Shown here one piece after another: positions 24,412 through 36,330 of a DNA stretch of 36,330 bases; positions within the stretch are counted from its first letter, which is position 1, and each line of letters begins with the position of its first letter. The notes under the pieces are model-generated. The model saw only the letters and a list, made by a program, of their open reading frames with translations. It did no database searches and was not told the DNA's origin. Position numbers and translations under genes: made by a program. Origin of the DNA: Azolla caroliniana (Eukaryota; Plantae; Polypodiophyta); assembly GCA_043228905.1 (NCBI GenBank), contig JBHGNT010000310.1, positions 1-36,330 on the forward strand, read 5' to 3'.

Positions 24412-25911
24412 CTATGTTCCCCAAGATGCAGTATGTTGAGTACAGAAATCGGAACAAGCTGAATGCTTGTACATTGGGGAGTTTAACGGAACTGAAGATA
24501 ATTCATCACTGTCGGTTTCAACCTCAAAAAATTTATGCCCTATATAGGGGTTAAATGTTGGTATCAAGTCCTTATTTAAATTGTATGGTTGTTTCTTTGC
24601 CATAGGTAAAGATCTCAATTCATTGTCTTCATCTATCTCACTTTCAGTGCACTCCTCTTCAAGATTCGACCTATGTTCATCAAAATAATCCCAGTGATTC
24701 CCACAACTGTTATTCTTGCCTTTCGACTCACAATTCTCCCATGGAATTCCATTTTCTCTTGAATGGAGTGCTCCATCTCGTTCCTTTCTTGATACCATCT
24801 TATCACCAATCCACGGTCTATTATGTAGATTGACATGGCCATTCACCTGAGATTTCTTCCAATCAGCTTCTTGGCTGGACTCTATACTAGAACCAATATA
24901 ATTAAAATGAGCATTTTGCTTGGAGTTTCCACAATCAGATTCTTTTCTAGGCTGCAAATTAGAATCCATATAGTTGAAATGACCATTTAACTTGGAGTTT
25001 TTCAAATCAGATTCTTGCATGAAGTTTATATTAGAGTTAATATGAACTTCCCTGAATTTGTCTCCGACATGTTTGTCCGAGTAGATATCCTGTGGAACAC
25101 CATCTGATGGCTGTAAGTTTGATTTCGAAGACCATTCAGACTGGACTCTACTATGAAGAGAATGATTGTCTACATCATTAGATGATGCAAAATCATTTTG
25201 AGATGGGGCTGGACGGTTTCTTGCTTCTTCTAATAAAACCATTGATCCAGAAATTCCCCTCAAATGCATGAGAGAAGATTCTACTCTGTAACCTTTCATA
25301 GAATTCAAATGCATTTCAAGCTCTGCCTTTGCCTTATCCAAGGCCATACATCTCTCTTCAAGCTGTAATTTAGCCTCATTAAGCTTCATCTGAACTCTTT
25401 CCTCACGCCAAGCCTCAATAAGTACAAGTGCTCGTCTCTCCTCTTCGATTTCCTCTCTGTCCCTCGCATTATCTCTCTTCAGCTCTTCAATCTCTGCCTT
25501 ATCTTCCCCAATCTCCTTTGCAAGCTCATTACATACATGTTCCATCAGCTTTTTAGCTTCCCTCTCCTTATCCACTTCTTTCTCAGCTTTTGCCAATGCT
25601 TTACTAGCTTCTCCAAGATTCCTTAAAAGTCTTCTATTCTCCATTTCAAGCCTTCTTTTTGCTTTCTTCTCCTTTTCAAGTTCTGCAGTGATGGATACAA
25701 TGGCAGATTGAACCTTCTCTTGGTCTCTAGTTCTTACCATTGTACTCTTATCTGAACATCTTTTTAACAAACCATTAATCTCTTTCCGAGCCGAATTTTC
25801 TGCTATTTCAAGCTCGTGTACCCGTGTAAGGGCTCGTTTGAGCTCTTCACTTAAGGCCAAGACAATGGGGCTGCTGACTTCCATATCCTTTTTTGGATAT
25901 TTTTTACTCAT
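24412..25911 (-). CDS. Plant coiled-coil protein, BRANCHLESS TRICHOME/At5g41620-like family, 499 aa, single coding ORF
   Basis: Uninterrupted 1500-nt ATG-to-TAG ORF. Family motifs ELEKEKKAKRRLEMENRRL, LMEHVCNELAKEIGEDKAEIE and EAWREERVQMKLNEAK are followed by a low-complexity C-terminus. Confidence 0.85.
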   Translation of the reverse strand: MSKKYPKKDMEVSSPIVLALSEELKRALTRVHELEIAENSARKEINGLLKRCSDKSTMVRTRDQEKVQSAIVSITAELEKEKKAKRRLEMENRRLLRNLGEASKALAKAEKEVDKEREAKKLMEHVCNELAKEIGEDKAEIEELKRDNARDREEIEEERRALVLIEAWREERVQMKLNEAKLQLEERCMALDKAKAELEMHLNSMKGYRVESSLMHLRGISGSMVLLEEARNRPAPSQNDFASSNDVDNHSLHSRVQSEWSSKSNLQPSDGVPQDIYSDKHVGDKFREVHINSNINFMQESDLKNSKLNGHFNYMDSNLQPRKESDCGNSKQNAHFNYIGSSIESSQEADWKKSQVNGHVNLHNRPWIGDKMVSRKERDGALHSRENGIPWENCESKGKNNSCGNHWDYFDEHRSNLEEECTESEIDEDNELRSLPMAKKQPYNLNKDLIPTFNPYIGHKFFEVETDSDELSSVPLNSPMYKHSACSDFCTQHTASWGT

Positions 25912-25959
25912 TTGTATTGATCACCATGTCAGATTTTGTTTTTCTCGGGATTTTTTAGA

Positions 25960-26420
25960 TCTTCTTTGTGAGGGTATTGTAGTAGACTATGCTTTTCATG
26001 GATCTACTTAGTCCCCACTGAAGTTTTTGCTCTCTTTGGACCTTTTCTAGTCCTGCTTTATGCGATCACCATGGCAAATTATGCTTTCCTTGTATATTCT
26101 TCAGTCCTTTCTTTATGTGATCTTCACGGCAGATTATGATTTCCTTGAATATTTTAGTCCTCATAATGCGGCTTTGATGTCGCATTTTGTTTTTCTTCAA
26201 TGTCATGTAGTTCTATTTTATGTGATCACAATTGAAGATTATGCTTTTCTTGGAATATACGTACACCACTTGTTTAATGGAAGATTAAGCTGTTCTAAGA
26301 TCTTTAATTTTTTTAGTCCATGTTATCTAATCATCATGGAAGGTTTTTACTTCCTTGGATTATCTTTTTGCTGTGCTCACATGAAGCATTATGCTTTTCT
26401 TGCATCCATGTTAGTCTTTT
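25960..26420. repeat. Degenerate ~50-bp tandem repeat upstream of the coiled-coil ORF
   Basis: The core (a/g)attatgcttttcttg...ttagtcc recurs at about 25985, 26075, 26130, 26235, 26281, 26340 and 26385. Confidence 0.65.
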
Positions 26421-26942
26421 ACATGTGAGCCCACATTGCAGATAGGTTATGTCCCCTCGGTATTTAGATAATCTTGAAAGACTGGATTGCGTAGATCTCC
26501 CATGTATATAAATGCTACGGCATTCTTTTAACATCGGACCAGAGCTTGCCCGAATGAATTAAGAACCATAAAGTTAATGAGAAAAAAAAAGACGATCGGG
26601 ACAGACCAAACCTGGAAGAGATGTTGAAAGCATTTATAAAGATGCAGGGGAGAGTGTTCTGCAGAAACTGTGTGAAGAGAAGACGAAGACGAAAGACGAA
26701 GATGAAGATGGAAGATGAGGCAGGAGGGGCGAGGGGCGATGGGTGCGAGGTTGAAGAACGGCACGTGCACAGATAGACGCATGATCTTATCACTACGTCT
26801 CGGGATGAAGAACACGAATATCACGAATATACCCCCTTAGTCTTTTGTATTGTACATATGTACATAGTACATACATTCATATTTGCTACAAAAATAGCCT
26901 TCGGATATTTCTGACACTCTCGAATTATCGCATTGTTTTTAA

Positions 26943-27255
26943 GGGAAAAGTACCAGGATACCCCTGGACGTTTGTCTATTTACCAGAATGCCCCTGGAAG
27001 TTCCAAATTCACCAAACTACCCCTATGTCTAAAAAATTACACTTTATAAAGTAATTATATACTCAAATCTACAAGCCCTATTTACCAAAGATGGAAGAAA
27101 TGGACCCGAACTAGCCCTATTTACCAAAGATTTGAGTGTATAATTACTTTATAAAGTGTAATTTTTTGGACATAAGGGTAGTTTGGTAAATTTGGAACTT
27201 CCAGGGGCATTCTGGTAAATAGACAAACTTCCAGGGGTATCCTGGTACTTTTCCC
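26943..27255. mobile_element. Mutator-like (MULE) MITE / foldback element, 313 bp, 128-bp TIRs, 10-bp TSD
   Basis: TIRs at 26943-27070 (gggaaaagtaccaggatacccc...) and 27128-27255 (...ggggtatcctggtacttttccc) are near-perfect. The TSD ttgtttttaa lies at 26933-26942 and 27256-27265. Long G-starting TIRs with a 9-11 bp TSD are typical of Mutator elements. Confidence 0.92.
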
Positions 27256-27736
27256 TTGTTTTTAATTAGCCGCTTCCTTACTAATAAGTTGCCACCTCAT
27301 TAGTTTAACTAGTGAACAATTGGTTAATTCATTTCATTTGTCACTGATATTAAAGTAGTTTACGCGAATTAGGGGTACGTTTGATTAATTAGGCTATCGG
27401 TGAATCATTCCCCTAACTACTTAATTGACTTACAATACACTTTTGATTATGCAAAAACTTGTCAACTAAATCGTACTTAAATCACGTTGACCATTTTCTA
27501 ATCAATTGTGGACTATGCCATGCGCTTTTTAGTTGGGTGGCATTCTCAGTTGGCCCTCGGAAACACATAACATCTTCATACGAGACTATGAAGTAGAAGA
27601 TTAAATCAAGGAAATGACAGTAAATTACTTGCGGATAGAAATTAGTTTACACATGAAAGGTATATTAAGAAGATGATAGGAATCTATATTGGTTCACATA
27701 CCAACGTGTTTGTGAAGCAACTGTGAGACTTTGGCA

Positions 27737-27985
27737 TTCAAAACAATGGGTTTCATGATACCATTAACGAGATTCACTTCAAATTTGTATTATATTCCCT
27801 AGTGTTCACTACATTAAGATGTTTGTCCCCGCTTGAGACCACTACAAAGTAATGTTGCATCTATGTCCTTCAAACCAATGGGTTTCATGATAACACTAAT
27901 ATGTTGTATTATATTTTCTAGTGTTCATTGCATTAAGATGTTTGTCCCCACTTTAGACCATTATCAAGTAATGTTGCATCTATGG
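27737..27985. repeat. Diverged tandem duplication (~120-130 bp x 2)
   Basis: ttcaaa.caatgggtttcatgata...cattaagatgtttgtcccc...aagtaatgttgcatctatg occurs twice, starting at ~27737 and ~27870. Confidence 0.8.
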
Positions 27986-28104
27986 CAATCAAAATCAAGC
28001 TTATGCCATGTGCTACACACATGGATGTTGTTACATGCATAACCATAATTGATCATGAGATAGGTTTTCCGTAGTTTTCCCTAATCTTATGATGAGTATG
28101 TGTG

Positions 28105-28524
28105 TGTTAATTCTGAAAGGAAGGAGGGGATAAATTGTAATATTCAATTCTATGGCATGGGATAACTATTAAGTGTGTTATCACTTGTCCACTTTACGTA
28201 AAGTGGTCAAGTGTGAATGTACTAGGGCCTAAGGTTTTTGCCTATATAAGAAGGCTAGCTATCTTCTTGTTAGAGAGGCTCGACTTATGTTCAAATTGTG
28301 ATAGTATGGTTATGGCTCTTGTTAGCTAAGCACATGTCATCCTTGCAACCCAATATATGACTCACATAAACCCTCGATGATATAGGACATTGAGGAGATT
28401 CGGGTTCACCTCACGCCATTGCTAGGGGGTGGTTAGGTGGTTTGGCACCCCTCTTTCCTTTCTTTGGTCTATAATTCCTTAGGTTTTGCTTAATTAATTA
28501 GTTAGACTCTAACAATTGGTATCA
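28105..28524 (+). mobile_element. LTR remnant (~410 bp) followed by a truncated tRNA-Met-type primer binding site
   Basis: TGTTA at 28105 and TAACA ending at 28514 form inverted termini. An internal CCTATATAAG lies at 28241, and TGGTATCA follows at 28517-28524. Confidence 0.6.
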
Positions 28525-29405
28525 CATTATGTCCATCACATTGTTGCTAATTCCAAAGCCTATCACAACTAAACTTGCATTTAAGGGCTATCTCCTTGTA
28601 TCTATAGGAAGCATTGTATTTGGTTGTATATGCCACTTGTATTTATCTACATACGTCTTGTCAATCCATTTGTGTGGATGTAACTCAAAGTTCAAAAAGC
28701 AAGGTTTTTGTCAAAGACTCATACTAAGGTGTATTTTTAATAGTACGTTGTCAAGTATGATGATACTTCCTTCCATCCATGCTTAATACTTGCATGTGAA
28801 GTCAACTTTAACATCTTTCATCACATTCGTAAATCTATCAAGTAAAACTTACATTAAAACTTTGGCAATCGTGAGAAAATATGGACAATTTATATACTTT
28901 CTATGATGGTGGTTATGTGTATCTATTGACACGTGCTTAATACAAGTTTATGGACAACCTATTTTCAAATGTAATGGAAAGTGCTCAATTGTTTCTATGA
29001 AATGATTTATTGGGTGTGAAATTTGAATCCTAATAAAATGCATGCATGACAAAACAATGGTACTTTAATATTTGCATGGAACCCAATGCAAGAGAACTTT
29101 TCTTAATTGGTAGACGCGATACAACGTGGCATAGGAAGAGTAAACTCCAACACATCATTATCACAACATAACACGTAAGTAAGCATGTTCTGTATCACAT
29201 TAATACATTATTAAAAAACTTGATAAGTGACGCAAGTTTTTTCAAAACTACAATACATTCAAGAGCATTCATTAATCAAAGTCCCTATGTTGTTACAAAA
29301 TAAATATGTCATTGAGGTGTAACCTCATAAAACCTAACTTTTTATAATTGAGGTATCACCTCATCAAAGTTCCTTGTTACTACAACATACATATGTGATG
29401 AAATA

Positions 29406-32400
29406 TCAAATGTCACATTCCATAGTTCTGAAAGGTAATGGGACTGTTTTCACAGCTCTAAATTTCCCCACATTATTGAGATGCTCATTTTCCAACCTGA
29501 AATGAAAACAATGTGTGTATGCTAGTAAGAGTCATAATGAAAAGGATATTCAAAGCATAAATAAGAGCTGATATATTGTAGTTGCATGTTCACTTCTGAA
29601 CATGCCCATCAAGATCCTTGGCTAAAGATAGATATGGAAATGTCTCCTTCCCCCAAGCAAGATCTTTCATCATCCTTACACATCTCTAGACAAAATAACA
29701 ACTTGAACATATTTCCATAGTTTCAAATGAATGTCACCTATACGACTCTCATGATCAAATAATTATGAATGTAGATCTTGTTTTTGGGCTAGCGTAATGT
29801 GACTAATAGTCCCTAGAGTTGTGTGCTTTGCATGTAGTTGTGCCTTTTACATATGTATTTGAGACCTAGTGCTTTGTTGTGGATGATGTTTGTAAATACT
29901 TTTTCCTTGGGATTTAACATAGAAAGATGTAGTAGCATTTTGAAAGAAAAATAAAACACTTTCAAATTAGAGAAAATGATGATTAACCTATCTCATGACC
30001 AATCATGGTTAGGAGCATTGATTGATCATAGTTGCAAGTTCTTATGATTTGTAGTATTACAATACTAGTAATATTGACATGACAACAATATTCATTGATT
30101 TGTAGTTTTGCAATTCCTAAATTAAAACATGAAAACAAAATTACTAATTTGTGGCCTAGCCCATGTTCATAGGAAATGTTAATAATTTGCAACATAATAA
30201 TATTTCACATGTGTATAAAAATGTTAATAATCTAACTTTATGCTCTTTTTGTGATAAAAAATTGTGTATGTATGCATAGCCATGGAGTCACTCTAGTGAG
30301 GCCATGACACTATAGTGCTTGCAAGCAAAACTAATGCAAACCCACTTGAGTATCCACTAGATATATGAATAATTGATCACATAACCACAAGCTTATAAAA
30401 GATTCTTGAGTATGCGCACTTGATTCTTGTAAAGATATGTATATTGTCATGTGAATGCATAAAAGATTGGGAATTGAAGATTTTGAAAGTTTATATTTTC
30501 AAAGACATGTTCTCTATAAACAATTTAATCCCCAAGAAAATTAGTTAAGGTGAGAGAGATGTTACAACATAAATACCATTTTGAGGACAACTGAAAACAA
30601 ATCGATCAAAGGGAGGAAACTAACTTTGCTAATCTAAGCATTAATATGTATAATTCGTTTTCTAATGTGATCTTGTTATTTGTGCTTGTAAAAAGAAAAG
30701 ATAACGGTCTAGGAAAATGTTTTGATGGACATAATGCTCGTGACATGGAGCTTGGGTGATTCATTGAAGTACTCTTTTTTCAACAAGGAGGCCCACGACT
30801 TTTGTACAATGGATGCATAACAAATGCATGCAATATATGATTTTCCTAGTATGTTTTTGTTGTCTCCTAGTGCCACATGCCATGCAAATGTTCTTAAATA
30901 AAAGGGGATTAAAAGCTTGTAAAAGGTGATACATGCTATGCTACATTGTTGGTTTGTTTTTCATGGACAAGGGTTTAGGGTGCTTGTTTGGAGATGGTCC
31001 ATATATTCTCATTGTGAATTCTTGGACATTCAAGAGAGGCTTAGTTGTATTCACAATCCTCTATTGTTGGTGGGTTAAAGAAAACTTGTGATTTGCTATT
31101 TATTGCATGATGCAAATGGTTTGTGCCTATGAATGCATTAAGAGATAATTTGGTACAATACAAGAAGAGCTACTTAACAAATAATGTAAATCTTCATCTT
31201 CAAATGATGCTATCATGCTATGCATACAATATTTTGTAATTGGGACTGGTGGTAACAAAGCACATGTCACTTAATGTTGCATTTGATGAAAGTAGTTTGA
31301 CGGCCATTTCTAAATTGTGAGATAGGTAGTGTGTTCCAAGTATGGGCTACACACAGTAGCCAGCTAGAAATAACTTAGAATTGCATGGTTTCACAATGTT
31401 CAAGTGAAGATGGCTTAACTAAAAAATTTAATGAACTATGATGTTGTGGTTCAGACTTCAGAGTGTAAGTATTAGGAACTCTTACTTGTAGAACTAGAAA
31501 TAACATCCTCCACCTATATCAACATTGCCAAAACAAGAGTTTGTCTAAGATTATGTAACATCACTTATAAGCTGGCTTCAAAATATAAGGATGCGTTTGT
31601 TGAAGACAAATATGGTCACCTTCTTTCATATGGCGTGTGGTCAAAGAGATCTATTCTCTCCTAACCAATATCACTTGTCAATTTCCCTAGAGGTTTTCAA
31701 ATTTTACTTGTTATGGATAAAAAATGCAATGTGCTCCATGTTATTTGTTTGAAAATATTGTGGCTGAGAACCTGCACAATTTACTTTTGGAGTGACAGAG
31801 AATTCATACCTATAGAAATTCCAATGGCCTCTTCTTACAACCTCAAGACAGGCAAAGAAAAAACCAGTGATTCGACGATCGAGGCTGTTAATCTCAAAAT
31901 GTGTAAATGAACGCAGCCAAACCAGCCTCAGAACAAAGTTTAGCACCTGTGGGGCCAAAAGAGATTTTGGAAAAACAACTTGAACCACTCCTCGAATAAT
32001 TATACTTACATAAATCTATGCATCTATACCATTAAGAGGCAAAAAGGTTATGCTACAGGATTTTATGCAACAATGGCAAGTTTTCAAGTTAATACTGTGT
32101 AATTCTGGAAAGAAAATAGATCTTAATAATAAAGAAGCATATTTGCTAGCTAATGCTTTGATAATCAAGAAACACTAATATATTTGAGATAGCTATGAAA
32201 TTTCAAAATAGCAACGCATATTTGCATAACTACAGTCAAAAGCTTCCGAGGAAACAAAAGAATCAAGTTATGCATTTACCATAGATAGGAAGTATACACT
32301 CTTATTATCAAGAATTAGTTGGTCTCTGAGTAGAAAATTCTTGGAATCTGTTCTTAAAAGTCCCCAATCAACAACGAAATCCCAATAGAGTTGATAAGTT

Positions 32401-35400
32401 GTTGCTAAGGTAGAGGATATAATGAATATTGCCATCCACCCGTTTGACCTATAATTATGATATGTCAATGAAACCACAACAGCAACCATTGCAGCGAAGT
32501 ACTTCCCACCATTTGCTAAATGCATCTTGTCGTGTTCATCAGCCCACCTCCTTAAACACTGTTTTGAGAAAAATCACACAAATCTGTTTCACTGAAGCCT
32601 CTTTTACAAGACACACTGCATATGTGCGTTGAGAAAGTTATAAGATCCACGTACTATAATTGCGAATTGAGCACTTTTTATATGTGGATTGAGCATTTTA
32701 CAAGATGCACTACCTTTTGCAACATGCACTGTAACATACTTATATGTGCATTGAGCATTTTACAACATGCACTATAACATACTTATATGTGCATTGAGCA
32801 TTTTACAACATACACTACATATTTAGGTCGATCATTTTCCAACCTACACTACTTATATGTGCACAGAACATCTTACAAGATACACTACATGTGACATGCA
32901 TTAAGGCAAAAAACGGGTTTTATTCTGCATGTGTGTGCATCAAGGCAGAAAAAGGGTTTTATTCTACATGTGTGCATCAGTGAGAATAAACTCTTATAAT
33001 TTCACCTGCATCAATCGCCACCAATATGGCAACAGGGAAGATAAATACGCAAAAACCTCGAAATTAACATTAGTTGCACTGCAAACATCAGTATTTTGAC
33101 TAAAATGACCTGCAATATAGTAACACATTATGTATTCTGCATGTCGAAACAAGTAAACCTGCACAGAAAATTGCGTTCTTTCAAATTTGAGGTAAGATGT
33201 TTGTCTCTAGTTAATAAAATTTTGCAAACTGAAAAATAGCAGGAGCCTATGCATTAAACCTGGCTGGTTAGCTGATCTGCAAGAAAAAAGTCTGCCATGA
33301 CAACCTAGATAGCAACGAAGTGAACAAGTTTATGCTTCAGTATATCCATAAAAGTGAGTCAATTGAGTTGTAAAAATTGTATGGTAGTAGTATATATCAT
33401 TACCTTGTATAGAGGAGCAAACATAATACGCTTCATAGAAGACAAAAACAAATAGCGACTTGACTGGTAGCATATGTTCCCAGGAAATATCAAAAGAGCC
33501 AAGAAAACCTGCATACATTTTAAAACATCACAATGGCTGGCTAGATAGTTGAGACATTAGCTATTCAAAACAACTTTTACCATAATAAATTATGTTCGAA
33601 AATACTTAGATTCATGATTAATCAGTTAACGTATATAAGTTATCTAGAAGTCTTGGTGGGCTACAGAGAACTTCTCTTCGTAAAACACTAACCAACAATT
33701 TTTATTTTAGCTAACATTCTTTGATATGGTTCCATCACCATGACGCTGCTACTCCAAGACCAGTGATTTGCCACTGGACTAAATTTTATACAAACAAACA
33801 AAGGATCTGGAAAAGAAGATTTTTTTTCATGATTAGGCACTTCTAACAGGACAACCTGAGCAACCAAGAAGACTTCAGGGGAGGGAGGAGTTAACATGAG
33901 AACAAGTTCTAAACCCTAGACAGACTATCAACAAAAGGATAGCTGTGACAGGAGTTGCAATGTAACTGATGGCCGAGGAACTCCGGCTGAGAGGCTAGAT
34001 CAGCACAGTTTGCACAATTAGGAATACGTGCAGTAGCACAAAGAAATATCCAAACATGTACAAATCCCATATAAGTGGGAATGGTGACGGTAATCAATGT
34101 GAAAGCAATCCCAAACTAAGTTTGGCAGCATTTAACCGAAGGGAACCCGGCCAGTTCAGAAAGAATGGCAATGGCGTTGCATGTCTTCCTGCTTCACGCT
34201 ACTTTTACTAGAGTAAGGTGTTCCCCCGTATGATGACTGACAATAGAGATGACCTAAGACAAATCCTGAACTCAAATATGTTGCGAACTAATTGAAAGAT
34301 AAATCATTAAAAAGATTTTAAGTGAGGATAAATTTAAAGTATACCGACAATAGAAGAATCGGTACAATCTTAGCATTGAAACTTGTTATTAGACTGGTGT
34401 ATGCCATGATTTGACCAAGAAGGCCTCCTAAAACCAGTGTAGCCAGCCCACTTGCAATAAGAAGCATCTCTCTATATTTGATAACAGTGTTGGGAGAAAA
34501 TTCAAAAATAAATGCGAAGTTGATCCTTTTCTCTCTCCAGATGTATAAATTCCATCCATACATATACAAGTGCAGCACAATCAAGCTCAAAAGGCTGCAA
34601 CATCATCATTGTTGATCAACGACTCTAGTGGATATTGAGCTCTTACATGACATAATCACTGTGTATAAAGAAGAGAGGAAGTCAACTAACCTAAAGACAG
34701 GGAAATATGAACCCATGTAAATCGAATTTTCCACATCAGCTTGCTCATGTATCATTTTGAGCCCATGAAGACGGAGAAAAACAATATATGCTACCAGGAA
34801 GGCTATAGAGCATCCGGCAAAAATTCCTGCAGACGACACAAACACCAAATTGAGCATCCCTATAAGTCGATGGAGAACCCTATATGACTCAAATTAATAA
34901 AATAAAAAGAAGTTGGCTACTCGTTCTCCGTTTTTTGCATTCTTTTCCTGTGAATATTGCAAACAATAGTCAGTATCATCACTTGTCACCTATATGTATA
35001 CTTTTCTGGATAGGGCCTGGACAGTCAGAGCTCACAAATCTTTCAAGGCTACCTACATACGTACACACCCTTCTCTCACCTTCTCTTTATTTCTTTGTCT
35101 CATTTCTCGAAAACTGGCAAGAAATATGGTCGTGCACTGCGGGCTTAAACCAATTAAAAAGTACTATTTTCTTTCCTAAAAATATTTACAGAAACAAAAG
35201 TTTCTTATAAAATTCTCCTTGATCTTGAACAAAATAGTTTATTTGTATCTTCATCTTAATTCCCTGCACACAGGTTTATACCTAGAAAAAATGTAACAAT
35301 ATGTGTGTCCTTTGGTTGCATTGGCCTCAGGAATGTCATGGCCTTCTTACGATCACCCCTCATAAAACATTCTGTGAACAACTTCTCAACGTCATGCATT

Positions 35401-35581
35401 GTGTTTACCACCTGGTAGAATAGAAGTTACAATAATTAGATACCGGAAATATGTTTACTACTGGGTTGCAAGAAATTATCTTAGCCAACTTTGGGTTTGG
35501 AAGTTCTACCTTATCAGAGGCATGGAAGTAGGCCCGTTCAACAACCTTCATATATGTTAATGAAGCATTCCCGCCAGTAAC
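29406..35581 (-). CDS. PHO1: Phosphate transporter PHO1 family (SPX-EXS), partial; the 5' exons lie beyond the window end
   Basis: Exons 35581-35510, 35411-35282, 34826-34691, 34594-34345, 33508-33404, 33304-33260, 33158-33006, 32558-32280, 31946-31810 and 29496-29406, GT-AG and phase-consistent. EXS motifs: [65 protein letters not shown] and [34 protein letters not shown]. Confidence 0.93.
32600..32980. repeat. Intronic minisatellite (~43-bp units) plus a ~38-bp duplication in a PHO1 intron
   Basis: tatatgtgcattgagcattttacaacatgcact repeats with variations over 32620-32890. aaggca(a/g)aaaa.gggttttattct.catgtgtg occurs twice at ~32903-32978. Confidence 0.8.
33690..34260 (-). mobile_element. 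Possible decayed LINE ORF1-like remnant in a PHO1 intron
   Basis: GC-richer patch. The fragments QPEF...YPFVDSL and [17 protein letters not shown] loosely resemble plant LINE ORF1. The match is weak. Confidence 0.3.
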
Positions 35582-35895
35582 CTGTGAAAATTTTATAAGT
35601 TCTTTCAATAAAAGAATATAGTAGTTTCTGATGCACACCACTGATCTTCAAACAAGGACAGATCATAGATGTCGCTTGAATGCATTAATTATGACACTGC
35701 TCTTTTGTTGTTGAGTTCTTTTATTTTAAATCACTAGATAATATTCAGCTCTCAATCAGGGCTGACTGGCATTCATACATCTGATGCTATTGTCAACCAT
35801 AATCCGTATATTATTGCAATATAGCATGATATGTTGCGCGAATAATTAGACTCCCAGCTGTTATGGTACTTATACCATGCATGCCACTGTTTGCA

Positions 35896-35897
<2 letters not shown>

Positions 35898-35955
<58 letters not shown>

Positions 35956-35989
35956 CGTACGTACGTACGTATATATATAATATATATAT
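35898..35989. repeat. Compound microsatellite (TA)n(TGTA)n(CGTA)n(TA)n
   Basis: Direct reading. Confidence 0.95.
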
Positions 35990-36330
35990 TCAGTTGAATT
36001 GATCCACGTCGGAACAGAAAAAATAACTTACGGGTTGCCCTTTCAATTTTCATTGGTGTCATGGCTCCAATATCTTGATAGTGTATGCACTTTACTTCAG
36101 TTTCTTGCTTCCCCGACTGGAGATTTTATATTGTTTTCTTTTCAGTTCTAATCTATGGGCAGAAAAGGCAAGAAGGGAATTACCCGCTCTCGTAGAGGTC
36201 TTAAGTAACTCATACATTGAATTATTATGGCTAATTTGAGATAGGAAAAACAGGACTTTCACTGATGAGAAGATCACTAGGAAAGGAGCAATACTGGGTC
36301 TGTTGTCATGTGTGATGAAATATAATATTT

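Noticed and set aside
32600-32900. Repeat array considered as CRISPR-like
   Set aside because: It is a degenerate tandem minisatellite in a eukaryotic intron, with no unique spacers and no cas genes.
1428-35581. Four co-oriented genes as a functional cluster
   Set aside because: Their functions are unrelated, and four genes sharing a strand is unremarkable by chance.
36092-36277. Possible upstream PHO1 exon
   Set aside because: It lacks the expected SPX-end motif (LN..AF.KILKK.DK), so it is treated as intron.

Overview
Eukaryotic, land-plant-type genomic DNA: AT-rich, GT-AG introns, many decayed transposons. The species cannot be named from the sequence alone. Four host genes lie on the minus strand: (1) the 5' seven exons of an IPUT1-like GT8 glucuronosyltransferase, which continues beyond position 1; (2) a complete 8-exon ZC3H15/DFRP1-type CCCH zinc-finger gene (368 aa); (3) a single-ORF BRANCHLESS TRICHOME/At5g41620-like coiled-coil gene; (4) the 3' ten exons of a PHO1-family SPX-EXS phosphate exporter. 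Between and inside them are a Copia LTR+gag remnant, a Gypsy integrase remnant, an LTR+PBS remnant, a Mutator-type MITE with a 10-bp TSD, and several tandem repeats. The most notable structures are an L1-clade LINE with a twin-priming-type 5' inversion and 17-bp TSD, a scrambled sugar-transporter retro-fragment bounded by a 15-bp direct repeat, and an intronic array of duplicated AG...GT-bounded copies of the CCCH gene's exon-1 end. I see no strong evidence of a wholly new multi-gene system. All splice models and family calls were made by eye, without database searches.
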